Of a DNA stretch of 64,000 nt, positions 47,659-61,640 are shown in pieces. The stretch comes from Marsupella aquatica (Eukaryota; Plantae; Marchantiophyta). A model generated the notes under the pieces. It was not told the origin of the DNA and searched no databases. It was given only the letters and a program-made list of their open reading frames with translations. Position 1 is the first letter of the stretch. Each line of letters begins with the position of its first letter. Location: assembly GCA_973895155.1 (NCBI GenBank), contig OZ316891.1, positions 25,481,899 to 25,545,898 of the forward strand, given 5' to 3'. The translations under genes were made by a program, and so were the position numbers.

Positions 47659-50600
47659 TGTGGTGCTCCCCATGGCTCCCCAAACCCAAGAAACCCCCCC
47701 ACACAAGCCGATTCCCGCAGGTTTCGTGCTTGGCGAGGCTGTTTCCGCAGCTTAGCGGCATGGGATGCTGCTAACCTCCTACTACTACTATTAACATTTT
47801 ACACACATATACTGGACAGATCCTTCATCGGGTCATGAGCTACGCAGTTGGCCTAATCTAGACCTTCTCTTGTCTTTCCCTCCTGTTGGTTAGGTATAAT
47901 TGGATTCCGCCGTCGGAATGATCCCCAATTGGTTTGGTTAAGCCGCTAAGACCTCTCTCAGCTCGACACATCCAACTCTCACTCCCTTGCTTACTTCCCT
48001 TCTACTTGTTGATGTGGGCACTCTTCACACAAGTTAATGCGACACACAAGTAGCAAAATGACTCCTTCTGACTGAGTTATAGCATGCACTTGCAATACAA
48101 ACAGTACATCTCATACACAAGCTCTGCGAACTAAGCCGTGAGGCCAACTCTATTCAGTTCTTAGGTATGAGGAAACATGAATATACACAAGGGTCACTGT
48201 ATAACTAACCAAGAGCTTCTCTTACTACTTGATCCCAGCCCTGCTGGTGCAACTAAAAACTTGCTAAAGAAGAGGCCCTGAACTCCCCGCAGCCCAGGTA
48301 CTTATCCTGGTCGCGAATCCGCCTGATTCCTTGCAGCGTAAGCCTAATCTACCTACTGTAATCTACTTGACTCTAATCTACCTATGTACAGCAAGGCAGG
48401 AGCACAAGTGTTGCCCTCACCCGTGGATCCAAAATCCCACTAATCTAAGCGTCAGGGCCGTCTCCTGGTCCTGATCCTAAGTCTAAACTTGGAGATCAGC
48501 GCCCGCCCTGCCCACTCACGCCTCCTACCTCCATGTCCGCCTTCCCTAAAAGGGACGGCGCCCTTACACCATCACGACACCGGTGGCTGGTCCTCACTGG
48601 ACGCCCCCAACACTTCCTCCGCAGCCACTGCCGTTGGTCCATCCTCTAACAGATTACCTGCCCTTGACCAAGTCAACTCTTCATCGGCCTGATTGGGTCC
48701 ACCCTCGGCTTCAGCCTTAGCCTCGGTCACGGCCTCCGATACGGCTACGGCCTCCACGACATGTTCTAGTGGAGGATCCGGTACCTCGGCATCATTACTG
48801 GTTCTCCCGGCCTCGGCCTTGCCATCTCCACTTCCTAGGACTGGTGGATCCACCGCCGTGCCGATGCCGGAGATTGGTGCCGGGTTTATCTTCTCGGTCA
48901 CAACCGCTTGAGAAGCCGTATAACTCCCAGACCTAGAAGGTTTCCGCTTCTTCTTCTTCCCTATTTTGACAGCCGGTTCCTTCCCCTTGCCACTTACATT
49001 CGGCACCGGGGTGAGTGTTTTGGCTTGTCCTGCAGCCAATACTACCCCTAATAACTGGGTTCCCCCAATTGGAGTTGGACCTGATGAAGCCAAGCATTTA
49101 AATACTGCGGCTTGTGTCTTCAGCTGCTCCATTTGGTTGTCGGTCCTCCGCTGTAGGTTCTCCATCTTCCTTGTGATTTCCTCCAACTCCTCCTGGGTCT
49201 CGTCCAGGTCCTTGCGCGCCTCCTCCAGCTCCTTATTGGCTTCCTCCAATTCTTTCTTTAAGGTAGCCCTCTCCTCCTGGGTTGCTCTTAGCTCCTTGTC
49301 GAGCTCTGCTACAACCACAGACTCCATCTTATTCATCTTGGCATAAGTCTGGTCGAGCTGGTTGTCCTTTTCACGTAGGTTAGCCTTGAAGCTGGCCGTT
49401 AGGGACGCAAGCTCCTGCTGCAGTGCAATAATCCCTTGATAGGATTTCCCTAACTCTGCTTCCTTCTGCTCAAGGGCTCTGTGGATATCTTTGAGCTCTC
49501 CTTTCAACGCCCTCTCCCTTCTCTGGTTCTCCGCCATTGCCCGATTGTTGGTTGCTAAGTGGGCCTCCTCTGCATCCCTTAGCTCTCGCTTCCATTTCTC
49601 TCTTTCTTTGACTGCGCCGGCCAACTCTCCTTGGGTCCGAGTCAGTTTATCCTTGATAATCTGATTGTCAGACTGAGCGGTATCCAACTGCCCCTGCATG
49701 ATGTTTAGCTCATGCCGCTTAATCCGTAGCTCATCTTGGGCTTTCTTGGCCACCTGTAGGACTTCCACCTTGGCTTCCTTCTCCCTAAGCCGCCGGATGA
49801 CCTCGTCCTTCTTGCTTCTCTCCAAAGCCACCGCTTCTTCTAATCGGTGCTTTTCCAACATCTCCCTCTGGAAAAAGGGTCCCTGCTCCAACTCCTCCCC
49901 AAAGATACTGAGCGCCAGGTCCCCACACATCTCCCCATACTCCATGGCTCTATCCTTAGCATAGGTGGAGTAACTAGAAGTCATCGGTATCAACCACTGC
50001 GGCCTCTGCTCCCAAGCCGCCTTGCGGATTTCTTCTATGGTGGCAAGAGGGTTGCTTCTTTTTTCGGCAAGCCGCCTGATGTCCTCCGGCCAATCTCCTC
50101 CTGGTAAATCCTTCTCCCTAGCCAGGGCTGCTTTCTCTTCCTCCCTAAGTTGCTCCTGAAATTCTTGTGCCGTCTGCTTTATGCCGTCAAAGCTCGGGGG
50201 AGCAATCTCTGGTGGGGGAGACTTGGGGCTACTCTGTTGGGTGGGGTCCCCTCGAACTACTCTTGGAAGCGTGGGGATAAATCGGCCACAGGTCCTTACT
50301 CCTGGAACATGATGATCCGACCCATAGCCGGAGTTATCATTGCTGTAGTCCTCCACCTCCTCCTCCACTACTTGGACTCCCGGCTTCTCCCTTTGTTCCC
50401 CTGGTCCAATCGTGAAAATGGCCTCTGGTTCCTCTGGTTTCCAGGCTGTCGTCTCCCTTTGCTCTCTGCGGGAAGGAGCCTTAGGCTGCTCTGCCTCTAA
50501 TTTGGGGCTTGAGGCTCCCACATACATTCGCACTCCCGGCTTGTGTTTTGGCCTCCTGATCTCCTTGGCTCCGGTAAAGGGGTCTTCCCTTCTGAGTCGG

Positions 50601-52374
50601 CTTAGGCCGACCTCTGGGGGAGCATACTGTATCGGTGCCGTTGCCGTTGCCGAAACCATTCTCTTTTCCTTCTCCAGCAATTTCAGCAGATTTTGCATGC
50701 TTGGTTGCTGCATCGGCAAGTCTTATTTCCTTGTCCGAAACACCTGCTCGATCATTGGATTGTCGGGCTGGTTGGGCTTCTCTGGTGCTGGCCCCTGCTC
50801 TTCCTCTTCCTCCGGTGCCCTTGCCAATAGGGAAAGTACTGGGGCAAAGATTTGACTTCTGGCATACCGGCACAACAGCGGCATGTGATAGCCAAGCCAG
50901 GACACGCTTCCCACGCCGATCACCTGCTGTTCCTCCTTCAAGATCTTCTTCAGTTGGTTGAGGAGGTACCCGTTGTAATCCCGGCTTGGGTCTGGCCTTT
51001 CTACCAGGTAGACCTGAGCCTTGCCGATCTCTGCCCTCGGCAAGTTACAATGCATGGTCACCCGCAAGAAATCGATCATCTCTCCGATGTGCGGGTTGGT
51101 GCAGGTGTTTTGGAAGAAGCCATTCTTCGTTGATGGTCCTGGGAACGACCGGAACTCCTTGTCAGGTAAGGTCTTCCTGGTATCAACCTTGGTCTTATTA
51201 CCCATCGGCAAGCCAAACACCTTAGCAATCACCCGGGGAGTGAGATAGAAATCCTTCCCATACACCCTCGTGGAATTGGTCTCGGGTTTCCATGATCCCA
51301 CGAATTCTAATAAGTCTGAGTCCAGCACCTCCGGCTTCAGCCATGGTAATCTTACGAAGGCTTCCAAGCCGGATCCGGCCATGAAGCCTTGGTACTTCTT
51401 GGTTTGCATAGCCGTAAAGCATGCATCCTCCTCCCGTGCAAAGTGTAATTGCACTTCCTCCGGTAGGGTCGCCGCCCAGCCTTTCCAGGTGTCATCGTTT
51501 GTTGGAATGGCCTTGATGGGATCGACCTCTTCCTCTTTGGCGTCTCCCCTTGTCCTGCTCTGCTGCTCTGCTGGCTTCCTAGGTACCGCCGACCTCGTTC
51601 TTTTTGCCGGGGTGGCCTCTTCGTTGTTGTTTCCTTTCCTCTTCATCTCGGCTGCCGTGGATGTTTCTCCTAGCAAGGTTGCCTTCATCCACCCCTCCGT
51701 GTTACCCTTCAACTCCCAGTGTAGGTCGTTGCAGCGATTGATGGCTTCTCGGATGCCGACAATTCTGTTTTCGCAAAATAGAAGGTCGTCAAGCTGATTG
51801 GTAGTAGGAGTCCACAAGAACTTGGCCTTGATAAGTTCTCCTCCTAAGAAAGCCATCTTCTGCAGTTCCCAGAGCTGAGCGAGCTCCTGCCATTCTCGAG
51901 TTGCTCTCTCCAATTCTTCATCCTCGTAAGTCCTGACGTACTCACCTGCCCGTTCGAACAGGCATCCCCAAAAATGTGCCGCTTGATTGACGTTGCTCAT
52001 ACCCTCCTTGAGTCGATCGTTGGTATTTGTTCCCACCCCGAGTGCTTGCCTAAGCAGCTGACAACATTTGTCCTCCCGTAGTTGTCTGCCCAGTTTGTTC
52101 TTGCAAATGAGCCACTATTCCTTGGGAGCTGTCCTTACCCCTCTCCTCCTCTGGTCTTCCCTTGTTGGTCACCCCAAGCGGCCGACGCTTAGCGCGCCCT
52201 AACCCTAATCGTGTTCTCTCCCCCGGCGTCCTTACTTCCGGCCTCGGCCCGGGTTCCATAGTCACCCTTAATTATTTATAGTTTCCTTGTTTTGTTCCTA
52301 TACTAAGGTGTTTCCAGGGTACACTCCTGCTTTACCATGTAAACCGGGCTAGTGATTCCTGGCTAGGCATCACA
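47659..52374 (-). mobile_element. 4716-bp solo-LTR-like element, copy 2
   Basis: Same TGTGATGC...GCACCACA termini on the minus strand; 5-bp TSD GAGTG at 47654-47658 and 52375-52379. Confidence 0.9.
48572..52036 (-). pseudogene. ~1154-codon ORF, paralog of 14070-17516; one premature TAA
   Basis: 52036-50723 and 50719-48572 share a frame; the stop sits where copy 1 has Glu. Confidence 0.75.
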
Positions 52375-53190
52375 GAGTGGCATCTAATAGTCCCCACGCT
52401 GTCTATGAATAAGCCACAATTGTCCAGGACGTCCCATTGTCCCGCGTCTCTTCTGATCCCCCTTCAGCTCATATGCCTCCCCTCACACCTCCGTAAGCGA
52501 TTACCTTCCATCAACTCCCCACGACTCCTCCACTCCAGAAGAGACCATTTTTGGTCACTTCAACCAGCCAGCGCCTCCAAATAAGGAAAATTGACCCTCC
52601 CTATCCCATCTACCTTCAGTCCGCATATGCTCCGATCTCCTCATAACCCATCCTGGCCCTTTCACTCCTCACTTTTCCGCCAATCTCGGTAATAGCCGAG
52701 CATAGAATCAAATCCACCCAACTCACACAGATAATCCACCAATGTGTAACAGTTAAGACTCTCCTTCACCATCTCTCGTAGCAGAGGAAAAATTCTCCAT
52801 CGAGCTCACTGCCTCCGTTCCCACCCCGCCCGTGTCTATGTACACATAGTGCGACGCCCTTCTCCTACACCCTAAACCACCCTAAAACCTTCTAAAATCT
52901 CCTGTGCCGTCCCAAATGTGGAGATGTCGAGAGTGAGCAAGAGTGGGTTCATTCACAAGCAGTGTCTCTTGCGTATCAAATCCTTCCTCCTCGGGAAGCA
53001 AAGACCACACTCGATCTAAGTGTGGAGGATTCCAAGCTCTCAAGAGAGAGCACAAGTCAGCGCCTTTCTTCCAGCCAAAGTTTCATCGCCTCACAACCAC
53101 GATCCAAACAGTGCAACTTTAAGTTCCATTGAATAGCAATGTTTATTACATATACAGAACTGAAATGCTCACCAAGGCTCTCAACCAAGA

Positions 53191-53215
53191 ACTATATATA
53201 TATATATATATATAT
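53191..53215. repeat. (TA)n microsatellite
   Basis: Direct reading. Confidence 0.9.
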
Positions 53216-54633
53216 TCAACATTGCTATGCATTAACAACATTATCCTCCTCTGCAGGTGAGCTCACCTCTTCAAAATAAGCACCAAGCAAATCTACCTGT
53301 TCTTTCAAGTGGCAGCTGAACAAGACTGTTGCCAATTGTCTATGCATATTGACCCCTCGCTCTAAAGCTCCAACATCAGAGCTATTCAAACTGTGTAAAT
53401 AGTTTAATTACAAAGTGAGGATCAGGAGTTGATGCTTGTTTTATAAGCTCATCAATGTCGATGCGTGCTCAGTTTACCTCAGATCTTCCGTAGTCCATAA
53501 TCTTCAGAGTGCCTGCTTGCTGCAAATTCCCGAAGCTTCTAATCTGCTGCACCTTTAGCCATTTCTTGGCTTCTTTGACCATCTGGTCATCAAATCTTTG
53601 TGGGCCACACAAAGATTGTGCAAGCAAATACATGCAGAAACAATGATCGAGACATGTTCTATGCGCATCTCAATTCTCCTCAATAAAATCCGCCATCTCC
53701 CTTTCAAAATTCCAAATGCTCGTTCGACACACATCCTGGTGCTGCTCTGAATGAAATTCCAATGGGCCTTATATGGTTGGAGTTGCTCTGTGGTCCCCTT
53801 GAAAGGAACCCAGTTCCACTGTCTGAATGGATATTAAGAAGCATCTCCAATGATTTTATAAGGAGCAAAACTCCCCTTCATGATAGCTCTACCAAAATCA
53901 GAATGAATAATCATGGTGTAATTGTGCAAGGAGCCTGCCCACCCAAAATCCCAATCCCAGAATGATGTATTCACATCAACAATTCCTTGGAGAAGTACAG
54001 AATAGAATCCCTTCCGATTATAATAAGGTGCTGGGTCCCATGGTGCTGGAGGTGTAATGATAGGGATATGGGACCCATCTATGGCTCCCATAATGTATGG
54101 TATACCATGCTTCGCTTCAAATTTATTGGCTAAGGTTTTTAGAGTAGCTAGAGTCCACTTTTTGACCACCAGTGGACGGATGATCTTCACGACAACCTCA
54201 CAAAAGTCACGGACAACAATGGATGCCAAGCCTTCAGACATCCCAAACATATCAGCACATGCTAGCAAATAATTGCCAATGCCAAGTCAGTTAAGGGATA
54301 ATGCAACCCTGGTTTCCAATGGAATCCCACCCCCATTTTTACTTTTCTGCAAGGCAGGTGCTAAAAGGGAACATAGGTAATAGAATGTGGGCTGACTTAC
54401 CCTTACCCTTCGTCTGAACTCATACTCAGAATGGGCTCGTAACAGAATTTTGTCTACAAAAGGAGAGGAGCGTTCAAATCTCCACACACACCTCTGTTTC
54501 CTCCAGATCCATCATCCCTATGCAAACATAAATTGGGAGAGCAAGAATTCTGAAAGCAATCTGAAAGACTGAATTCTGGACATGGCATTGGTAGCTAGCA
54601 CTAGAGCAGCCTGATGCGTTTCATTGTTGTGGA

Positions 54634-57600
54634 GGGTATAGCGATGGAGACAGGAAACAGGAAAACAGGATTTTTTTTTCCTGTTTTTAAAATGCTGTTA
54701 CCAATTCAGATTGGACATTGCCCTACGTACTATTCTACCACTGTATCAACACTTCTCTGCGGCCCCGGATGGGGGACGTGGGGGGTCAGCCCTGCTCATA
54801 CAACCCCTGCTTAAAGTGATTAGATTTGGTGCACTTGAGCTTGGGAGAGCGGTATGGGTGATTATAGAGCATACTAGTGGTATGATTGGAGTGGTAAGTG
54901 TGTATGCCCCCAACTCTGCAAGACAACGGGCTCTGTTATGGCATGAACTCAAGGTAGAACTGCCACAAGCGAACTGGATTTTGTGCGGTGATTTCAACAT
55001 GACTGAATCTAGGATGGATTCATCGAGCGGATCCTCCTTACTAAAGGGACGGGAGGCAGAATTTTGGCGTTTTTTACAAGTGCGATTGGATCTTATTGAT
55101 GTCTATAACCTGGGCTGCACAGTGATAGGATCAAGATATACGTGGAGACGTGTCCGGCATGCAAACCTCACCCAGTCTAGACTGGACAGGTTTTACCTTA
55201 GTGGTCTTGGAGGTTGGATTGCTGGCACAGTGGAGCTAACTCATGATGGGGGCTCGTCACTGTCGGACCATGATCCCATTGTGGTTGTTTTGCGCTTTCA
55301 GATTGAGGAGAGGGATTCGGAAAGAGGTAAGTCCCACTTTTTTAAAGCTAACCCTTACGTACTCCGGGATCCGAAGAATATTGAGCAATTGGAGGCTGCC
55401 TGGCGGGCGGGGGGGGGGTGGGCGAGGTGAACCCTCACTTGCGTTTCTCTCGTGCATGTCAGAGACTACGAAAAAAATATATGGAGTTGCAATCCGCACC
55501 GAGACAGTCTGAGGAGGAGTTGAACTTTCTGAGAGATAAAGTGAGAATACTTAAGACTACTATTGTAGATGAATGCTCACTGGATGAACTGACAGAGTTT
55601 CTGCAATGGGAGGACATGCTTCACGTAGCTGAAGTTGAGACGGCGCACCAGGCCAGACGGTTAGCCAGAATTTGGTGGCTGGGAGAAGGGGAGGAATCAA
55701 CTAAATTTTACTTTGCCACAGTCAAGGCTAAAAGAGAGAGAGAAGCTATGAGGATGCTAGTAAAGGAGGATGGATCGGTACTTACAGATTTCAAGGACAT
55801 CATTGGGAAGTAGAGCAGCAATGTGAGGCGCTTTACTCTCCTGGGCAACCATCTGAGGAGGAGCTACTAGAAAGCAGGTGCAATAGGGATAAGCTATTGC
55901 GGAGTACTAAATCGGCATTCACGGCGGCGGAGATACACAGGATGGAGGCACTTCCTACGATCTCCGAGGTGAAAGAGGTGTTGTGGCTTCTCCCGGAGGA
56001 CAAGGCCCCTGGGACGGATGGGCTCACGGCTGAGGTTTACAGAGCCTGTTGGGAGTTCATGAAGGATGATATGGTGGCAATGATACAGGATTTCTGGCTC
56101 ACAGGCGAGTTGGCTGCTGAGATCAAGGATGGCCTGATAAAGCTGATACCAAAAAAACCTGATAAAAGATACTTGAAGGACTGGCGCCCTCTGACGATGC
56201 TTAACACTAGCTACAAAATCCTGGCCAAAGTGATCGCTCTACGAATTAAGCACCTGCTATGTAACCTGATCAGTCCTCAGCAGACCGGGTTTATCCCGGG
56301 TAGACATATCTTAGAGAATATTTCGCTTGCTTGGCTTACAAGTGACTGGGTTCAGAATTGCAGGAAGGGAGCATTATTCCTAAAACTTGACTTTGAGAAA
56401 GCATTCGACAGGGTTAACCACGAGTATCTCTGGGAGTCTATGTTGCTGCTGGGATTTAGTGGTAGGATTGTGAACATAGTTAAAGCCTTGTTCTCTAATG
56501 CCAGCTCTCGAGTACTAGTCAATGGCTTTCTTAGCAAATATTTTTTGATGTGTCGGGGGGTGAGGCAGGGATGTCCTCTCTCCCCTCTTCTATTTGTGAT
56601 TTCTACCCAACCTCTCATGGATTTCTTGGATGCTGAGCTTGCGGCTGGTCGACTTGCTGGTATCCAGGTTTCAGATGTGCTTACAGTGTGCTACAGATTG
56701 TTTGCTGATGATGTGGGGATGTTCATCCCTGCAACAGAGGAAGCGTTTAGGGATGCTACTACGGCTCTGTCATGTTATGAAAGTGCATCTGGTGCTAGGC
56801 TGAACTTACGAAAATCTGTTATCATCCCACTTGCTTTGGACCTAATTCCAGACTGGCTCAAGGCTACAGGCTGCAAGATTAGTGAGCAAGGTGAAGTGCA
56901 GAAGTATCTGGGTGCTCCATTTGGTATTGGACTCTCAATGGGTAATTTACATCGCTTCTGCCTGGATAAGGTTGCTGCACGCTTGTCCTCTTGGTCAAAT
57001 AAATTGCTGTCCTTCACAGGTCGGACGTTGCTGGTGAAACATGTGCTCATGGCAATACCGATATATCACGTAATGTATATGAAGGCCTCGGAAGGGCTGG
57101 CAAAGAAACTGATTGCGCTGTGCAGGGATTTTCTATGGGGTTATAATCTTGAGGGCGGGAAGAGGATTCCGCTGGTGGCATGGGACAAGATGGCTCGCCC
57201 TAAGGTGGATGGCGGACTGGGGTTTCGTGACTTTAGAAGTCACTCTGATGCGTTACTTACTCATTGGTTTATGAAGGCCTTGGACTATCCCAACACGGAA
57301 TGGGCTGGCATGCTTGCTGCTAATCTGAGTCTTATTGGATGGCTGAATTTCAGGGTGATTAGGCAAAATCACTACACATTTGCAGATAAGCTGCTTTTAT
57401 GTACTCCAAGATCTTGCTGCGGGCTGACATACACTTGGGGAATCTGGAAGGCCTGGGAGGCTTTGAGAGCAAATCTTTCCTTTGTCCCAGGGACTGCGGG
57501 CTTTCCTGGGAGATGGAGTATACAGGACGCATTACGCTGTACACAGGGCTTTAATACTTGGCCTTCGGCACACACAAAGTTCACTGTGGAAATCTGTGGG

Positions 57601-59136
57601 AGGCTTGGGATATGGGTGATTGCCGACTGCTGGAATGCTGAGGCGCACCAATGGAAGGACTTTTCTGGCAGATGGTGTTTGCTTCGAGGGTGGGCGCTGG
57701 CTCACAGGGACAGATGCCATCAGTTTCTACTTGTGATTGGCAGGGGACGCTGCTGCAATGGTGGGCTGGTGCCGGGTGCTCGTTGTTGGCGTTGGCTTGA
57801 GATGGGGGTTCCACTGAAGAGGTTCACAATTCCTAACAAACACGCGTACCAACTTCTAAGACCTAAGGGCTCGGACTACCAAAGATGGAACAGAATTTGG
57901 CTCACCAACTGGACGGAGGAGGTATGGGGTAAGAGATGGCGTGCTCTGTGGGGTTCGGACCTGTCCACTAGAGGAAAAACCTTTCTATGGCAAATCATTG
58001 CCGGTGGCCTGTTTACGGGAGCAAGGGCCCTTACTATTGGTGCAAGTGATGGTATCTGTCGGCTATGCCCTGGGAGGCTTGAAAGTATTCCTCATCTGTT
58101 CGTCCAATGTGTGCATGCTGCTGAGTGCTGGAGACTATGCTGTGACTGCTGCCTGGGAGTTATGTTTGCACCTGGGCAGGATCTTCTAGACAAGGTGGTG
58201 GCCTCATTTGGTCGCAGTCCATTGAGGGTGGCTCGTCTATTCCTACTGTTTCAAATTGTGTGGATGATTTGGCTGGGACGTAACACACAGATGTTCAAGG
58301 AACTTGGGCGCAGATCCTTTGATGTAAGATTGGTTCTTTCTGAGACGGTTTCGCACCTGCATGGGGCCTCTCTACGCTTCCCGTCAGGCAGTAAACACAT
58401 TCGGCTTCTTAGGGCTAAAGAATTAATTGAAATGGAACGGAGGCGCTGGTTGGTGCGTAGAGATGGACATGTGACTTCGGGCTGATGATGATTAGAGTAG
58501 GTTAGGCTCTTTGATTGGTGTTGTGGCTCTGGTGGGCTTGGGTTGGGCTCACCTATGCGGCTCTGTTTTTTGCTTTTGGGGCTTACCCTTGTGTTATGGC
58601 TACAGGCCTTTAGGTTGCTCATGGATCTGGCTCTCGCTGTCGTTGACTGGCTGGCTGGGGTTGGGCTCTTTATCGGGGCCGTATATGATGTCTGGGCGTG
58701 CCCTGCTGGCCTCCTGCGGGAGTTGTCCTTTTGTGCTGTTTGCTTCCCCCGCCGTGGGGTTTTCACGGGTTATTTCTATAAAAGTTAGAAAAAATTTCCA
58801 AGGAAAATGCTGTTACCAGGAAAAAATCACTGTTACCAGGAAAAATGACAATTTAAAAATGTCTCCTAAAACATGTTATTTCCAAAAAAAGTTAACAATG
58901 CAATATTTTTGGCTAGCTTTGGGCGCTACTGGAAAAAAAACTTTTTTTTTCTCAAAAAAAAAACTGGTCGACCGGAAAAAAAACTTTTTTTTTCTCAAAA
59001 AAAAAATTTTCAAAATTTTTTTTCTAAAAAAAATAAAAAAAAATTTCCACCCATTTTCCTGTTACCAGATTTTTTTCCTGTTACCAGTTTATGTTATTAA
59101 ATCCTGTTTCCTGTTTCCTGTCTTTTGTAAACACTC
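54634..59136. mobile_element. MITE copy 2 (same family as 30712-31082), split by a LINE
   Basis: 54634-54703 and 58804-59136 match copy 1; degenerate TSD TGTTGTGGA / CGCTGTGGA. Confidence 0.8.
54704..58803 (+). mobile_element. 5'-truncated L1-clade LINE (APE endonuclease, RT, zf-RVT), disrupted
   Basis: VYAPN, GDFN, SRLDRFY, SDH; KAPGTDG, LDFEKAFDRV, GVRQGCPLSP, FADD, KYLG; CRLC..HLFVQC; 15-bp TSD AAAATGCTGTTACCA at 54689-54703 and 58804-58818. Confidence 0.95.
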
Positions 59137-61387
59137 GCTGTGGATGATGATGATTTGGAGAGCTAGGTTGAGAATGATGAGCAATACAATTTTTTGCCTC
59201 CTATCACCCTGAAATTGAAACACAAAATCCTTCAAATTAGACCATGAAATTGAATTGTGTGGACAATTCGGGGAGTTTCATTGCTTTCAGCTAGTTTTGG
59301 AAATTCCAGAAACAGCCTACATTGGAAATAAAGATCATGCAATTGCAGAGTTGCAGTCACAGTAGAGCACAATAGGGATGCGAGTTCATTCCTGGTGGGC
59401 CAAAACAAAGAATACATGTCATAGCAGAAATTCTAATTTTACAAATTGTTGGAATCATGTAAACCCTAAACTCACCTCCCTACTGCCATTGGAAACAGCT
59501 GAAGTTGACGTTGTGTCCTCAGCTCCAGCTCCAGGTCTTGGGCTGCAATTACCCAGTACCACATCTGCTTCATCACCCGACCCCCGACTAGTTCTCTCCG
59601 TGTCCTGCTTCGCGCAGCGCCAGACTTCAACCCTGAATATTCTTGTGCTTTCCTTTTGCAGGAGTGCAACTCGTCACGGAGTGCAACAAGAGTTACGGAG
59701 TGATATGGGCCGTGGATCTCTTTGTGTGAAAATGCCCCCAATGAGCTCCCGCTGGCCCCACTACTTGTCACTGAAATGCCCCAGGAGCCCAAGGGAAGGC
59801 CGGGGCTTAGGCATAGGGAGCCGAGGAGAGGGCCCCCATCGCGAACAAGTAATGGGGTCCTGGGCAGTCTTATCTTTAGAAGACGTCTGCGACACTAATA
59901 GTTTTTTTCTGCCTTGGCCTGGTCGGGAGTCCTACCGTACGCAAAAAATCGGGCTCTGTTCCAGCCCTGGTAAAAACCACTCAACTTGCTGCGCCCGTCT
60001 TGTAAAGTGGCCCTCAGAAAACATCATTCAGTTGACAGTACTTGTCAAAGGTAGCTACTGTTTAGGGTAGGGTTGCACCTTCTTGGCTGACGTGCCCTCG
60101 CTGACCCACCGCGTTAACTTGCCCCCCCTTTAAGATTTTGACCTCCCCTTATCTGGTCACTTTATTAGGTCAGGCTGCAGTCGGTTCAGGGTTCCTAATG
60201 GCGACGATCCAAGTGTGGGGAGTCTATAACCTGTGCACTTTTTTGGATTATTTATTGATTATTGCATGAAAAATATCTAAAGTAAAGCGTTGAAAAGACG
60301 GATGGGAATTCTGGACCATACCTGCAGAAATATCCACCTCCTATCATTTCTTACTCGGATCCTGAAACCATTTGTGGTGATTCTTTAGGTACCAAGTGGC
60401 TTTCATTGCTTCTTGATTCCAAGACGGAAAAGTGTCAAACCAGCTGGATTGCACCTCAGTGTAGGAAATTGCTACCTTCGTGCGAGGAAATAGGTCATGT
60501 CAAAACATGAGCGAATGTAGAGGTCATTTATACAGATCACACATTTGCCAAAAATTAAAGCTCAAAACACAAAAGCTCCAAGAGAGATGTACCTGATGGA
60601 CATAGACAATAAAAGTGTTACATGATGGCCCACACAATGAAAAGTGTGACATGATGAACCCATGAGGGGCCCACACAATAGAAAGTGTTACTTGATGGAC
60701 CCATGACAGAGCCATCAAGTCAGTTGATAGACCTAAATCAATGTACCCCAAAACTCCTGGGGTTCATCAAATGACACTTTTGAATGTAAAGGTCCATCAA
60801 ATATATTCCTCAAAGCTCCAAACCTGAACTTAGAGTCAGGATGGACTGATAGGTTGTCTATGAAGCCCCCATGGACACATCAAACTTAGGTGGACTTTAC
60901 TCAAACAGACATACATGCTTGGATACTATTTGTTACACTTGTGTCCAAAAATACCATGTCAGATCATCACTTCTGTTCACCTGTCCAAAAGTACCTTGTC
61001 AAAGTACCACCTCTGTCCATTTTTGTCCAAAGATACCATGTACCAACCAGATCAGCTTTGATTGCAAGCCTCATTGTATTCTCTTAATATCCTTTTCCCT
61101 CAAGCTAGTCACTTTAACCATTTTTTTAGAGTTCAATAAAAAATTATAAAATGTGTAACATATGTTTAGGTATTTGTATGCCTTATCTGGCCTTTATGGT
61201 AATAAAATTATATAGACTAAGCTCTTCACAATTTACTCTAGTGCCTCAAGTAGTTCAATGAGCAAAAGCAAAATTAATTCAATCTTTTCCTCAAGAATAT
61301 TTTTATGTTTATAATATATAGATAGCAAAAATCTTACAAAAGGGGGAAACAAGCAACACAATCCCCGTGAACCAATATAACAATTTC

Positions 61388-61640
61388 CACTAGGAAAACT
61401 GGGTGCAAATCTTGATTTTCATAGAGCATTGCTCTTGAGACGGAATTATATTTTCCATAGAGTGTCGCTCTTGTGTTAAGGAGAGGTTTGACTTATTTTG
61501 CTGCAACAAAGCTATCTCAGATTTTAATCTAAGAGCGTATTGTTGTGAAATCTTATTTTTCATAGAGCATTGCTCTGTCACGAAGAGCACTTCAATTAAA
61601 TTTCCCACTACAGAGCTCCAAGAAATGAAATGTTTCAAAG
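61388..61640 (+). mobile_element. Possible orphan CACTA terminus
   Basis: Begins CACTAGGAAAA, followed by repeated AGAGCATTGCTCT palindromes; no partner end found. Confidence 0.35.

Larger units (their letters stand above)
53600..59210 (-). pseudogene. PIF/Harbinger transposase (DDE_Tnp_4 type), interrupted by a MITE and a LINE
   Basis: FRRRVRVS..TFYYL, GAIDGSHIPI, YYNRKGFYS..LQGIVD, GWAGSLH, IIGDA, STRMCVERAFGILKGRWRIL, CICLHNLC; N-terminal part probably resumes at 59145-59210. Confidence 0.85.

Noticed and set aside
13728-52374. One 38-kb element bounded by 4.7-kb inverted repeats, or an inversion between them
   Set aside because: Each copy has its own matching TSD (GGCCT, GAGTG), so they are independent insertions
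58511-59212. 233-aa ORF after the LINE
   Set aside because: Chimeric across LINE 3' UTR, MITE A/T runs and flank
59378-60070. 230-aa plus-strand ORF as the Harbinger Myb/SANT partner
   Set aside because: No Trp-spaced Myb/trihelix motif is visible
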